DNA of 64,000 nucleotides, from positions 18,228,001 to 18,292,000 of the forward strand of contig OX597837.1 of assembly GCA_951406725.2 (NCBI GenBank). The letters are read 5' to 3'. This DNA comes from Octopus vulgaris. Taxonomy: Eukaryota. Positions 42,701-52,992 of the stretch are shown one piece after another. The notes below the pieces were generated by a model. It ran no database searches. It was given only the letters and a program-made list of their open reading frames with translations, and had not been told where the DNA came from. Made by a program: the position numbers and the translations under genes. Position 1 is the first letter of the stretch; the number at the start of each line of letters is the position of its first letter.

Positions 42701-44258
42701 ATGTACTCCTTGCTCAACTTCTATCAAGAAAAACCAATCGAGAGATTGTTGTCAATACACAGATCACTGCCAACCCAACAGGAATACCTGTACCACGGAT
42801 GCCTAAAAGTGAAAAGGTTCTTCAAATGAAAACATTAGAGAAGAAAACTAGCAGTGATGTGTCATCAACTGAGGGAGACAAGGACAGTAGTGTGAACCTT
42901 TATGATAGTCCCAGGTCACTGACTGACTCAAGCTTCCAAAATTCAGTAGTAGACTCTAGTAAAGTTGTTTCCACAGAGAATAACCTCTACACTAATAAGC
43001 AGGTTTTCACATCCATAGCATCAAACTATAATGTTACATCAGCATCAAGTTCTTCAGATCGGTTCAGTGCTAGCCCAAATCAACTGCAGTTGGCTCGACC
43101 ATTACCACCAGCTTCAAATGGGAGTAAGCCAGCTGAGGATACTTTAAAGAAGGACTCCAAAGATGTTCTTTTAGCACAAATTTTGCAGCAATCTGTTGAT
43201 CTTCAACAAGATCTCCATGAAGCTCAAATGCATGCCACTGGCAGTGTAATGTCAGGCATGGCAGGTGGTGCAGTGGTGAGTTCGGTAGCTCAACCTGTAC
43301 GGACTGCATCAAGTGATCTAAATCAAGACGATGCTATTTTATCTCAGCTTGAGCAAGTCTTTTCAGATAACAGCCTTTCAATATCTGAAATAGAAAATTC
43401 CTTGTTTAATTCCTCCAGCCAACCTATTAGCAGCAATGATATTCTTGAAAAGAAAGCAATAAAAGCAATACAGAAAGAACTGATGATGCTAGATCCAATA
43501 GCAGGTAAGTGTATTATTGTTTTTGTTGTAATATGACAGCCACATTCCAATCCCCATCCACATACTGGATTTGCATATACCCAAAAGCAAATGAAATCAC
43601 CTCTATACTGTCAGTTAATCTGTTAGAAATAAGTCAAATTTCGCATCACAGCTTACCATCTTTAAAAAATAGCCAAAGACAACTATTTCTCTCTCTCTAT
43701 CCTCTTGCTTGGCACAGCCATTTCCCTTGGTTCCACACCCTCTGTCAACTAAGTGGTCTTTGCCTTGCAAGTTACTTGACAACCCTGCTGGTGCCAGATA
43801 AAAAGCATCCAAAGCATTCTGTAGAGTGGTTGACATTAGGAAGGGCATCCTTCCATAGAAACCATGCCTAAACAGACAACTAGAACCTGAAGTTCTATAG
43901 TTTGCCAGCTCCTGTCAAACTGTCCAACCCATGCCAGTTTGGAAAACGGACATTAAATGATGATGATCTTCTATAACATAGTCCTACATATATTGTTTTA
44001 CATCCATTTTCCTGTGTTAGCATGGATTGAGGCATCATTTTTACAAGTAGATGTCCTCCCTGTTGCTAATCTTTAACTGTTTTTCAAGTAATGTATATTA
44101 TATATATATTTAGTTATATACACAGACTTATAATGATACACTATATCAAGCATGGTTGTGTAGTTAAGAAGTTTGCTTCCCAACCATTTGTTTTCAGGCT
44201 CAGTCCCATTGCATGTCACTTTGGCCAAGTGTCTTCTAATATAGCTACAGGTCAACTA

Positions 44259-44328
<70 letters not shown>

Positions 44329-47300
44329 CTAGGCATAGTTTCTTTTTTAATTTGTACCTCCCCTCTGGAATAATGTGTTTGTTTGTGTCTCCTTGTTTTG
44401 ATTGTTGTAAATCAATGTTATTCATTTCCAGTATCTGCAAAAACATGTCTGACTATGTGGGAATATTACCATGCTTGGAAACAGGTGAGGGTTGGTAAGA
44501 GGAAGAGCATCTGTCTATAGAAAATCTGCCTCAATAAGCTTCATCTGACTCGTACAAGCATGAAAAAGTTGCTGTTAAAGCGATGATGATGGGTTAGTGC
44601 AGACATAATTATGTGATTAAAAAGTTTGCTTCCCAACCATGTGGTTTCAGTTAAGTCCCACTGCATTTCACCTTGGGTAAATGTCTTCTACTACAGCCCC
44701 AAGTTGACCAAAGCCTTATGAGTGGATTATGGTAGGCAGAAACTGAAAGAAGCCCATCATGTGATATGTACACTTGTGTGTGTATACATACAAGGTGCAT
44801 TCTAGGAGTTTTTAAACTTTTTTTCAGGAGGAGATACATTTATTAATTTCAGAGAAGTAAAAAACTCTAATCTGCTTCAACATAGGATCTTCTGACATCA
44901 ATGCACTTGTTGCAGAGCTCCAACCACTTTATGAAGTCGCCCAAGGAAATCCAGAGGGAAAGTGTCCAGGACCCTTGTCATAGCCTCCTGCATTTTCTCA
45001 GTGTCTTCAAAACGACTGTCCTTGAGGTTCTTCTTCAGCTTGGAGAACAATCGAGGAACAAGGTTTGGACTGTAGGGAGAGTGCAGGACAGTTTTGATGC
45101 CCATCCACAAAGTACTCTTTCTTGATTAGCCAGAGGGAACCCAGTGGATGTAGATGATACTCTTGATGTCAGAAAAGGGGATCACTATGAACTTCCCAGT
45201 GGACTGGCTTTGCCTGGCCTTCATGAGTCTGGAGGAACCAGGATGCATCCATTGGGCACTCGGGATCGTAACCATAGATCCAGTTTTTATCACAGGTCAC
45301 CAGAGACCCAAGAACTTTTGGATCAACAGAAATAAGCTTAAAGATCTCCCTACTTCAACTAACACAGCTTTCCTTTTGTTGGTCACTGAGTACCCTGGGA
45401 ACAAATTTTGCACATGTTTAGATCTTCACAAATAATTCTGTGTACAGTTACTGCACCTACCCCAGACTGTATTCTTATTGTCTTTATAGATAGACAGTCT
45501 TCATTCAGAAAGTAGCAAATTTTCTCAACCAGCTCTATGTTCTAATGTACTTCTACCTCTTATTGATGTGATTCATGTCATCTCTCACTTCCTCTTGTGC
45601 TAGCAAGAAAGCAGATGCTCAGCTCATACAAGTTAATCCTTAACCAGTCTGGAGCATTTCATAATTTTCTGTTGTGTTTTAACTCAGTTTAACACAAAGC
45701 TTTATTGCATAGCAAGCTTCTAGATTATCTTCACATTGTGACTGCATTCTGCAAACTAGTCAACTTTGACAAGCAGTGTTTAGTAGAGTGTGTCCAAAGA
45801 TCTTTCAATCTGGAATAATAATAATGAAAAAATTTAAAAAGTGGCTAGTCAGCTTAGTAGATGTATAGTAACTATATACTGAAATTACAATAGTCTAGAA
45901 CTGTTATAGCTGCTTCTGAGAGTCTCAAACCTTCTGGAATACACTTCATGTATGAGATGGTGAGTTTGTATTTCCCATGCCTTCATTTGTGTTCATCGGT
46001 TGTAAACATTCACCTTGCTGACAGTATCATTTACTTGCAGTCCTCTACAAAAACCTGTCTGAGCTTCTTGATATGTTGTGTGATCTTTGTAAACAAAAAG
46101 CTCATTCATACAGTTTTGCTCCCAGTTCTTTGTGTAAAATTCTGACTGATTGTTGTTAGACTAGGAAATTATTTCCTCACTTAAAAACAAATTGGGACTG
46201 GCAACAGGAAGGGCATCCAGCCAATATATATATATACTAGACTACCCATGACCCATTGAGTCACCAAAAGTTCAAGGTACCCAAAAAAGCCACGTATCTT
46301 AGGAATCCATGGTCCGATTTACACAAAACTTCTGTTATTCCATGTGTATTCACATTTCGGTGTTGCCTTACTTTCGAAGCATTTTCCCCATTATAAGCTG
46401 GTTTGACTATTTATGAAGGTACCCAAAAAAGGCCACATATCTCGGTAACCTGTGGTCCAATTTACGCAAAACTTCTTTTATTCCATTTGTATTCACATGA
46501 GCATCTGATTCATGACATCTCCTGCTTTTGTCTCTTTCCTTCTGTTTTGCCAGACTCTCAGCTCTCTGAGTGTCCAATTCCTGACCTATCCTGCTTCTGT
46601 CTTTTTCCCTCTGTTTCGCCAGAAGCTGATCTTGGGTAAATATTTCGAAAAGGACCCATATTTCATTGTGAAATAATTTTTTCTACAGGTTTTTTTTTTT
46701 AAGTGCATCTCGAAACCCACCACAAGCCACTTTCTTCCAGAAAAGGTGGGGAAGGGTTGTAGGGACCTCAGAGTTTCCTGCCAATGGAGTTTTGTTCCGT
46801 GGGCATTTTTTTTCTCTTTTCCAGATTATTTCGCATACTTTCAACAAATGTGACGTCAAAATCACTCATAAATGCCTCCTTTTCCCAGAAAAGGAAAGAT
46901 TTGACTGCTATTCCTTGCTCTGCTGCCACATAATAGCTGTATCAGGTCCTTTATTGCAAATAGCTGTTACATAGTAACAGGGCATGCTAGAAATAGCATC
47001 CAAACCTTTGGAGGTGAGATACGTTGAACACACTCAAAAAAACCTATGGAAAAAAAGTTATTTCACACTGAGGTTACAAACAGGTCTTTTATGAAATATT
47101 TTTCAAATATGCCAGAAAAAAATTTTTTGTAATGGTATTCACGTGAAAATAATTTTTAAAAAAGATATTAAAATATTGTCTGTTTAAAGAAGGTTAAAAT
47201 ATAAATACTTACTGTACAAACAGCTTACATTCTTGAAATCATATTCCCTTAAAAATATTTCTAAATGATTAAAAGCGAAAATGGAAACATTTACTCTAAA

Positions 47301-47794
47301 AAACAACTCGTATTTTTTCATTGTCAAGTTACAGTCACTAATGTGTCTAATCAAAAGGTTAGTTTCTTCCCTTTCAGAGTTATTTTTGGAGTGTTTTCCA
47401 TTATGCACCATTTTTGGTATTTATACCCCTCAAACTCCTAATATCTCAAGAACTTGTTTCATTCCATTTGTATTCACATTTCAGTGGTAACCTTAATTCA
47501 TAGTAGTTTCCCATTATGTGCCAGTTTGGCTGTGTAACGTTGCAAGCAAGATTGAAGTTCATTTTTAATATATTATAGCATGTTCTGAGGAGGGTGCTTG
47601 AGTTAAAAAGTAAATGGACCACAAAAGTGAGGTAGACCAAGGAAAACATGGGGGGGACAGGTGGAGGAGATTGGGAAGGTTGGCTTGAGAAGGGAAGGTG
47701 CCTAAAACCAAACAGGATAGTTGCTATGGCATTGAGGTAGATCCTGCCACCCAGTGAACAGGGACAAAACCCAAATTTAAAACACTGGATTATG

Positions 47795-47829
<35 letters not shown>

Positions 47830-48819
47830 AACACTCTTACCTAGAGACAGGTAGACAAGTAGATATCGAAAAATAGGCTAAAGACTTATGGGAAATTTTT
47901 GATCTTATAATTCTCAGTCACAGGTAAATATTTAATCATATATCTACTTAATGAGGGTGACACAGGGCTCAGCAACAGCAGTGTTCTCTATTATGTCATC
48001 CATCTGTATGGAGATCAATATGTAGTCTCAGAACCTCAGGTTTTAGATCACTTATCAGGATTTCTTTGTCAGCAGCCTCTACAAGACAAAGCAGCAGTAT
48101 ATTGGAACCAATAGATCCTATAATTTAGTTTAGTCAGCTTTGGTACAAGAACATCACCCAGTTGTTAGTCTCTGATATAGTTAACAGAAGCAGAGGCCCC
48201 TGCACCACCTACCAACTTCCCTGTTTACAACACAGTGTCACCAACATAGATTGATGGTATCCCGTCTACACAGCTTCTGTAATTTTGACAGAATTCATGT
48301 GGCTGGATTAATTCAGTATAGCTGGACCTGTATCTCCAACCACCGTCACAAGCTCTCTTCACTATGCACAGTCAATTGTTATTTTGTGACAGCTTGGACA
48401 TGTTCTATTCAATATAGGGTTTCTTTGTTTATATCTTGGTTAGATGAAAGAAACTACGAATTTAAATAAGTATTTTTTTGTTGTATTGACACATCAACTG
48501 GTATGTTGGTTGTTGAGTATGATGTGTACACATGTGTTGCAACAGACAGGTTTGTAACTCTGTATGCCTTACATATCTAGTCCTTTTAGTATGGTAGTAT
48601 GTGAGAGAGCATGGTAGAAGTGTTTTGGCCAGTTTATCATTTGATTTACAGCAAAGACTGGGCAGTTAGGTACATCTCGATGTTAGTGTTTAAAAGTTGC
48701 ATCCTTCCATATAAGATGCAGTTAAACCATGTTAATGGAAGTAAATTTAACAATGGTATAGTTTTTTTGAATCAAGCTCAAAAAACAAAAATTCACTTGA
48801 TTCATGACATGCTAGGTCT

Positions 48820-48851
<32 letters not shown>

Positions 48852-51591
48852 ATTTGAGCAGCTTTTGTTTAATGAATCTTTGAAAATGATAAGTGAACAT
48901 TTAACACAATGTTGTAGCTGGAAAAGGAGTGGGAAACTTAGAAACCAGAGCTGCTCTAAAGTTTAATGATTGATGATAAGAAAAACTTCCATCTGTTGAA
49001 ATATTTACATTATCTTCCAGGCTTCACACACAAGAGATGTATGTACATTACAGTTTAAACCACTGACAGAACAAAACCAAAATAATTAAATAGAATGCAA
49101 GCTGAGAGAGGGACAAGACATTTAAGCATCAGCTGTTGTCTGCTGGGAAGATTGTGCGTGTGTAATATAAATGTAAAAATAGTTAAATTTAGAGTATCTA
49201 TCTACCACCACATGCAACAAGTCAATGAGAGCCTCTATATGGTCATTCTATCTGCTAGAAATAATAGCTGAGTCCTTCATCAACTATGATACCAGCTTTA
49301 AAAATGAAGAACATTCTAGGTAATATAGTTTTGGATAAATATCATGAAAAAAAAAAAAACAGGATGATTGTGGCTGGAATGTTTTCATCATTGGTATGTT
49401 TGATCTGGTCTGACCTGGCTAAACAGCAAATGAAGTGAATGAAGGAGCATTTACAGGGTCATTGAACCTGCTAGAAATAGAAACCAGATCTCCTGACCAT
49501 CTTAAGAGGCAGAATACATAGAAAATACGAGTGGAAAATATTGAAATCATTATTTGCCAGCATAATGTTAAGATGAATGTTACTGTTATTTAACCCCAGG
49601 AAACATCCTGGTGCCAAATAACAGTAACATTCGTCCTAATCACATTATGTTGGTAAATAATCTTTACTCTAAAGTACTGTTACTGAATGTTTCTTGTTCA
49701 GAGATTTATAAATAATAATTTTTCTATTTATTAAAATTATTGATATAGTTAAAGGAAGAAAACCTAAGATTTCTTTTTTGTTCTTTATTTCCAGGATATT
49801 CTGACGGTCAGACACCAGTTGTAGGAAACAAAGCTGTTGGTGTGATGGGCCAAGGCCAGTTAACAACCAGTGTAGCTGGTGTTGTACCTTCATACAGTCC
49901 CGATGTAAATCTTCCTCCTCTTCCTCCTCCTCCTCCTCCTCCTCCTCCTCCTCAGCAACAGCAACAACAAGCTCTTTCAATGCAGGATATAAGTAATTAC
50001 CAGCACTTAGCTCATCCTAACATTAACCTGGCTGTTACTGCAGCTGCAACTCAGCAGTCACCACAACAACCACCACCACCTCCACCACCTCCTCCTTTTA
50101 GCCAGGCTGGTTCTCCTTATGGACAGGCATCACCTCAACTGTCACAGGCACCATCTCAAGGTGAGTTGATTTATGATCATTATTGTGATGAATGCTGAAT
50201 TTACAGTACTGTTATAATACTTGTTAAGTTCTAAGTTCAAATCCCAGTCAAGTATCAGGGTTGATTTCATCAGATTTGTAACTGCTTAGGCCAGAAATTA
50301 TTGTGGTGAATGCTTTACACTAGTTGTCTCTCCTTTTCTGTATGTCTGTATCCCTCTTCAAATCTTACTAGAGTCAGTTAGTACCAGTAATAAACAAGAC
50401 ATAATTCATTACCCACTTATAAAAGCTGGTCTTAGCTTGCTTGTTGTTAGCACTATCGATCACTAAATTATTTAACTTAATGCTCCCATTACTTTGTGAC
50501 AGTGAGAGAGAGAAACAAGTTCTGTTCAGATAAACACTACCCTAGTGAACCCACAACTAACCAATTCAGCTGTCTTCATAGTCATTATGTCGTATCCCTC
50601 AGTAAAGTACACAATTCTATTTAGTCCAGTTTGCCTGACTGTCAAAAAAACTGGTTCCACTCTTATTTCAGTGTGTGTATTAAGAAAATAGAAAGTACAC
50701 AAAAAGTAATTTTAAAAAATATATATATATAATACTTAAATTGTTTGAAATTTTTTTATTTGACTGGTTAATAATTTTGAAAAGGCATGACTGTCATGCC
50801 TTTTTTTCTTCTTCTAACTTATCAGTCCAATGAGGGAGCCTCTATGCAGACATTTCACCTGCTTAATCAGGGCTGCCTTGATGTCATAAATCTCAGGCTT
50901 CATGCCATGTGTAACAAACAACATATCAGTATTAACGATTTTTAATAAATCAATACCAAATATCTTCATTCCTAATTGATGAGTTGAAACTTTGCCATTG
51001 ACATTACATTTTTCCCAAAAGAGATTTAGCTGCTATTTTGAGCAGGTCTAGTAGCCATGTATAAGGTTGCTTGATAGCTTGTATTGTCACTCATTAATTG
51101 CACAATACATTAACTAGTAGCAAGGTTTCAGATTTTGACCTGTGGTCATAGCTTATCTTGTACCCAGAGCTTCGTTTTTAAATATTTTTTCATCCACTTA
51201 ATACTCTGAAACCATGCACTATGCTTTAAAAAGTATCTCAATGATTACAAAACATTAATATTTTTATCTTAACTCATTGACGCAGTACTTTTTTGTAATT
51301 CTGATTCTTGGTGTGTACATATGTGTATGCAGATTTATTTATACAATTGAGACATTGACATGTGTTGTTGGTTCTGCAGTGCAATTGCGAACTGGGAATC
51401 TTTCGGCCCAAGGTCCTCGCTCCATGGCTCCTGCCATCACTGTGGCTAGTAGACAGGCAATAACAGAGCAACAGCAGAAGATGAACCGAATAAGAAAGAG
51501 ACAGCGGATGCAGGATGAACAACAACACTTTTTAACAAAGCAACAGTCACCAGTTTCTTTTCCACAGATGTTTGGGCCAAGATTTCCACAA
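473..51591 (+). CDS. NCOA: p160/SRC nuclear receptor coactivator (NCOA1/2/3 - taiman family), partial; join(473..574,1223..1346,2415..2521,24728..24875,30831..31528,37545..38167,41371..41499,42346..43504,49795..50160,51380..51591)
   Basis: All ten exons have AG/GT boundaries and compatible phases (1-1,1-2,2-1,1-2,2-1,1-0,0-0,0-1,1-1,1-0). The translation has QSCLLCIARR (PAS-A end), FTTKQDLNGKII...FRFKLQD...STHVILRE (PAS-B, like SRC-1 FMTKQDTTGKII...YRFILND...IHIIDRE), KLCQLLT (like SRC NR box 1 KLVQLLT), further LxxLL boxes and a Q-rich C-terminal part. The vertebrate paralogue cannot be assigned. Confidence 0.93.
1223..1346 (+). CDS. NCOA: NCOA exon (PAS-A end / PAS-B start; ERQSCLLCIARR...FTTKQDLNGKIIACDA)
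   Basis: Poly-T tract then tag acceptor, AG|gtatgg donor; bHLH-PAS family motifs. Confidence 0.93.
2415..2521 (+). CDS. NCOA: NCOA exon (PAS-B; SQISGNHNKFSDLVGRRLQDLCHSSDVPNIKQHLQD)
   Basis: ttttag acceptor, G|gtaagt donor; PAS pattern DLVGR...H..D. Confidence 0.9.
2648..2978. repeat. Inverted repeat (about 100-120 bp arms) enclosing a tRNA-derived SINE head
   Basis: Arm 2648-2771 is the reverse complement of 2880-2978 apart from an indel. The loop has A box TGGCGTAGTGG and B box GTTCAATTCC. Confidence 0.8.
5975..6230 (+). mobile_element. tRNA-derived SINE
   Basis: Degenerate A box (tagcctaatgg) and B box (gttcagttcc) after a microsatellite; extent approximate. Confidence 0.6.
6245..6826 (+). 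mobile_element. 5'-truncated RTE-clade LINE, 3' end
   Basis: LERFHQQCLRTILNIHWSDFVTNIDVL, RLPK-like and G.R.RG.PRK motifs, terminal CxxC...H...C finger and (GAT)n tail; frameshifted. Confidence 0.85.
9748..11105 (-). mobile_element. Internally deleted Helitron with Rep-Hel N-terminal remnant
   Basis: The minus-strand 3' end is CTAG|T with a subterminal hairpin (cccagcattgctcgg). It encodes CRFC...ETNGLCCSG.VTLP, FLNNIRQYNSAFQMT and VYHLIGSLLP-like motifs, plus about 70-bp ES.E.R..RL repeats (10581-10710). The 5' end is approximate. Confidence 0.82.
12075..12220 (-). mobile_element. tRNA-derived SINE (antisense copy)
   Basis: Reverse complement of the family at 13205, 52060 and 57310 (gggcttctttcagttt...caaatccactcacaa...aaggtgccatgcag...gactgaac). 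Confidence 0.75.
13205..13610 (+). mobile_element. tRNA-derived SINE with an internal about 60-bp tandem duplication (13405-13520)
   Basis: Head gtggc..tgtgtagtaagtagcttgcttaccaaccacatggttctgggttcagtccc; tail ggtgccccag; same family at 44150, 44600, 52060 and 57310. Confidence 0.8.
17148..17320. mobile_element. Short mariner-type MITE remnant
   Basis: Starts with a mariner-like TIR (caaaggagtcctgaaaagttcc), ends ggatcctccttgtg; degenerate. Confidence 0.4.
18530..22600 (+). promoter_or_regulatory. Candidate intronic promoter/enhancer (CpG-retaining region)
   Basis: CpG is visibly more frequent than in the flanking intron. CACGTG at 19100, 21771 and 22458; palindrome ACGCATGCGT at 19141; UTR-like trinucleotide runs; candidate donors at 19763/4 and 22088/9. 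Confidence 0.5.
22106..22244. repeat. Hairpin / small MITE-like inverted repeat (about 48-bp arms)
   Basis: ttttatgaaaagatggagcttcttgaatcgtt...tttcacgttt pairs with aaacgtgaaa...aacgattcaggaagctccagcttctcataaaa. Confidence 0.8.
23033..23769. mobile_element. Fold-back non-autonomous DNA transposon (Merlin-like) with 8-bp TSD
   Basis: Arms of about 350 bp are reverse complements. Termini g(a/g)atcttttccttttgaacggc...gccgttcaaaaggaaaagatcc; AATTTCTT is duplicated at 23025-23032 and 23770-23777. Confidence 0.85.
24728..24875 (+). CDS. NCOA: NCOA exon (PAS-B C-terminal half; VLQNGQLKSNVFRFKLQD...STHVILR)
   Basis: tttacag acceptor, AG|gtaagt donor; phase-compatible with the exon ending at 2521; PAC-like motif. 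Confidence 0.92.
28225..28435 (+). mobile_element. SINE (second family; aaggtggcgagctggcagaa...gtcgataaaataagtacc)
   Basis: Related copies at about 14110-14320 (+) and 52490-52700 / 52750-52910 (-). Confidence 0.75.
30831..31528 (+). CDS. NCOA: NCOA exon (S/N/Q/M-rich region with polyQ)
   Basis: tctacag acceptor, G|gtaaga donor; 698 nt open frame inside ORF 30760..31557. Confidence 0.9.
34610..36445 (-). mobile_element. Degenerate RTE-clade LINE (RT domain to 3' tail)
   Basis: Minus-strand QFGFMPG, FVDMEKAFDR, GVHQGSVLSPLLFIIVL, ELLNADNLVL (YADD remnant) and GLSLRVKGRL; (GAT)n tail at the 34610 end. Confidence 0.88.
37545..38167 (+). CDS. NCOA: NCOA exon (NR boxes LCQLL, LKKLL and the first half of LK|QLL)
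   Basis: Pyrimidine tract then ctag acceptor, AAG|gtagga donor; ORF 37550..38200. Confidence 0.92.
38438..38659. mobile_element. piggyBac-type MITE
   Basis: TTAA on both sides (38434-37, 38660-63); TIRs CCCTTTCGATAC / GTAACAAAAGGG. Confidence 0.78.
41371..41499 (+). CDS. NCOA: NCOA 129-nt symmetric exon (QLLSDD...DLLQKLLQEEEEEELKGTAPA)
   Basis: gtcag acceptor, GCA|gtatgt donor; phase 0-0; carries LQKLL. Confidence 0.85.
42346..43504 (+). CDS. NCOA: NCOA exon (LAQLL, LAQIL, CBP/p300-interaction-like segment)
   Basis: ttcag acceptor, G|gtaagt donor; ORF 42334..43536. DDAILSQLEQVFS...ISEIENSL resembles ACTR DERALLDQLHTLLS...LEEIDRAL. Confidence 0.92.
44791..45950 (-). mobile_element. Degenerate mariner transposon
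   Basis: TA-flanked degenerate TIRs; minus-strand VTCDKNWIYGYDP and HSPYSPNLVP (YSPDLAP) motifs; broken ORF. Confidence 0.85.
46237..47800 (-). mobile_element. Non-autonomous Helitron-like element with internal about 85-bp subrepeats
   Basis: CTAG|T end with a small subterminal hairpin (tgacccattgagtca). Subrepeats aaggtacccaaaaaa...attccat.tgtattcacat at about 46275, 46415 and partially 47440. The far end is approximate. Confidence 0.5.
49549..49661. repeat. Hairpin (about 43-bp arms) upstream of exon 49795
   Basis: attatttgccagcataatg...gaatgttactgttattt pairs with aaataacagtaacattc...cattatgttggtaaataat. Confidence 0.8.
49795..50160 (+). CDS. NCOA: NCOA exon (polyP/polyQ-rich)
   Basis: ttccag acceptor, G|gtgagt donor; 366 nt, phase 1-1. 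Confidence 0.88.
51380..51591 (+). CDS. NCOA: NCOA exon (Q/R-rich; VQLRTGNL...MFGPRFPQ)
   Basis: ctgcag acceptor, CAA|gtaagt donor; phase-compatible with the preceding exon. No further exon was recognised in the window. Confidence 0.87.
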
Positions 51592-52059
51592 GTAAGTTTA
51601 ATTTCCATACTTTTTTTTCATTTGTCAAGCCACTAATTACATATGAATTGGTTTATGAATTATTTCTGTATTTCTGTGTTTGTAATTGACTCTTTCTGTA
51701 GGTACATATGTGGTGCCCTCAGATTTTGTGTAAATGACATTAGTTTGATTATATCAGTTAATTTTAGATATTTAAACATATCAAACCTTTTTCATTGTGG
51801 CAAAAAAAGATGTCAATTCTCTCTATAGACACACACAATATATGAAAGATATAAGTATATATAAAACCATGTCATCAGATGACAAAGGAGCTTCATAAGT
51901 GATGAAACTTTGTGCTGAACTAAAATGGTTCAACCCATAGAAGCATGGGAGAAAAGAATGCATATGTGTGAATAAACACTGTTTATTCATACATATGTAT
52001 TGTGTTTGTGTTATACATCTAAGAAAACTGGAAACTTTTTTGTTATTTACTCACCATTA

Positions 52060-52365
52060 GGTGTGGCTGTGTGGTAAGAAGCTTTCTTCCCAACCACATG
52101 GTCTCAGGTTCAGTCCCACTGCATGACACCTGGGGCAAGTACCTTCTACTATAGCCTCAGGCCAACCAAATCCTTGTGAGTGGATTTGGTAGATGTCTGT
52201 GTTTGTCCCCTACCACTACTTGAGAACCAGTGTTGTTTACCTCCTCATAATTCAGCAGATTGGCAAAAGAGATCAATAGAATAAGTATGGAGCTTTTTAA
52301 AAATAAAAAGTACTGAGGTCGATTCATTCAACTAAAAGTTCTTCAGGTGGTGCCCCAGCATGATC
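52060..52365 (+). mobile_element. tRNA-derived SINE, 3' end interrupted
   Basis: Same head as the 13205 copy; stops at ggtgccccagcatgatcac. Confidence 0.78.
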
Positions 52366-52992
52366 ACAAAGTTTTACATGTTACATTGACAGGTAAAAAA
52401 TTTCCTATTAGAAATTCTGCAGGCAGAAATTCATCATCATCATCAATATCATTATTATTATTTATGATAATAATAATAATGGTTTCAAATTTTAGCACAA
52501 GGCCAGCAATTTTGGAGGTGGGGGTAAGTCGATTACAGTGGGCCCCAGTGCTCAACTGGTACTTATTTTTATTGACCCCGGAAGGGTGAAATGCAAAATC
52601 AACCTCGGTGGAATTTGAACTCAGAGCATAAAGACAGACAAAATATGGCTAAACATTTTGACCGGTGTGCTAACAATTCTGCTAGCTCACCGCCCTAGTA
52701 ATAATGATAATTATTTCTCCTCTAGGCATAAGGCCTTGAAAATTTTGGGGGAAAACCCCAGTGTGGAACTGGTACTTATTTCATTGACCCTGAAAGGATG
52801 AAAGGCAAAGTTGACCTCGGCAGAATTTGAAGTCAGAACATAGCAGCAGACAAAATACCACTAAGCATTTTGCCCGGTGTGCTAACGATTCTGCCGGCTT
52901 GCTGCCTTAATAGTAATAATAATGAATTTCTATGTGTGAAGAATTTCTAACAGGAAATTCCTTACATATCTATATAACATGTAAAACTTTGT
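52366..52992. repeat. About 70-bp inverted repeats enclosing two antisense SINE copies
   Basis: acaaagttttacatgtta...aatttcctattagaaattct at 52366 vs agaatttctaacaggaaatt...taacatgtaaaactttgt ending 52992. Confidence 0.75.

Noticed and set aside
49669-49980. Minus-strand poly-Glu ORF
   Set aside because: Antisense shadow of the (CCT)n polyP exon.
50780-50804. Terminator-like hairpin aaaaggcatgac-t-gtcatgcc followed by a T-run
   Set aside because: Intrinsic terminators are not relevant in a eukaryotic intron; too short to interpret.
51274-51628. Cys-rich minus-strand ORFs
   Set aside because: Antisense shadows of the CAG/CAA-rich exon 51380-51591.
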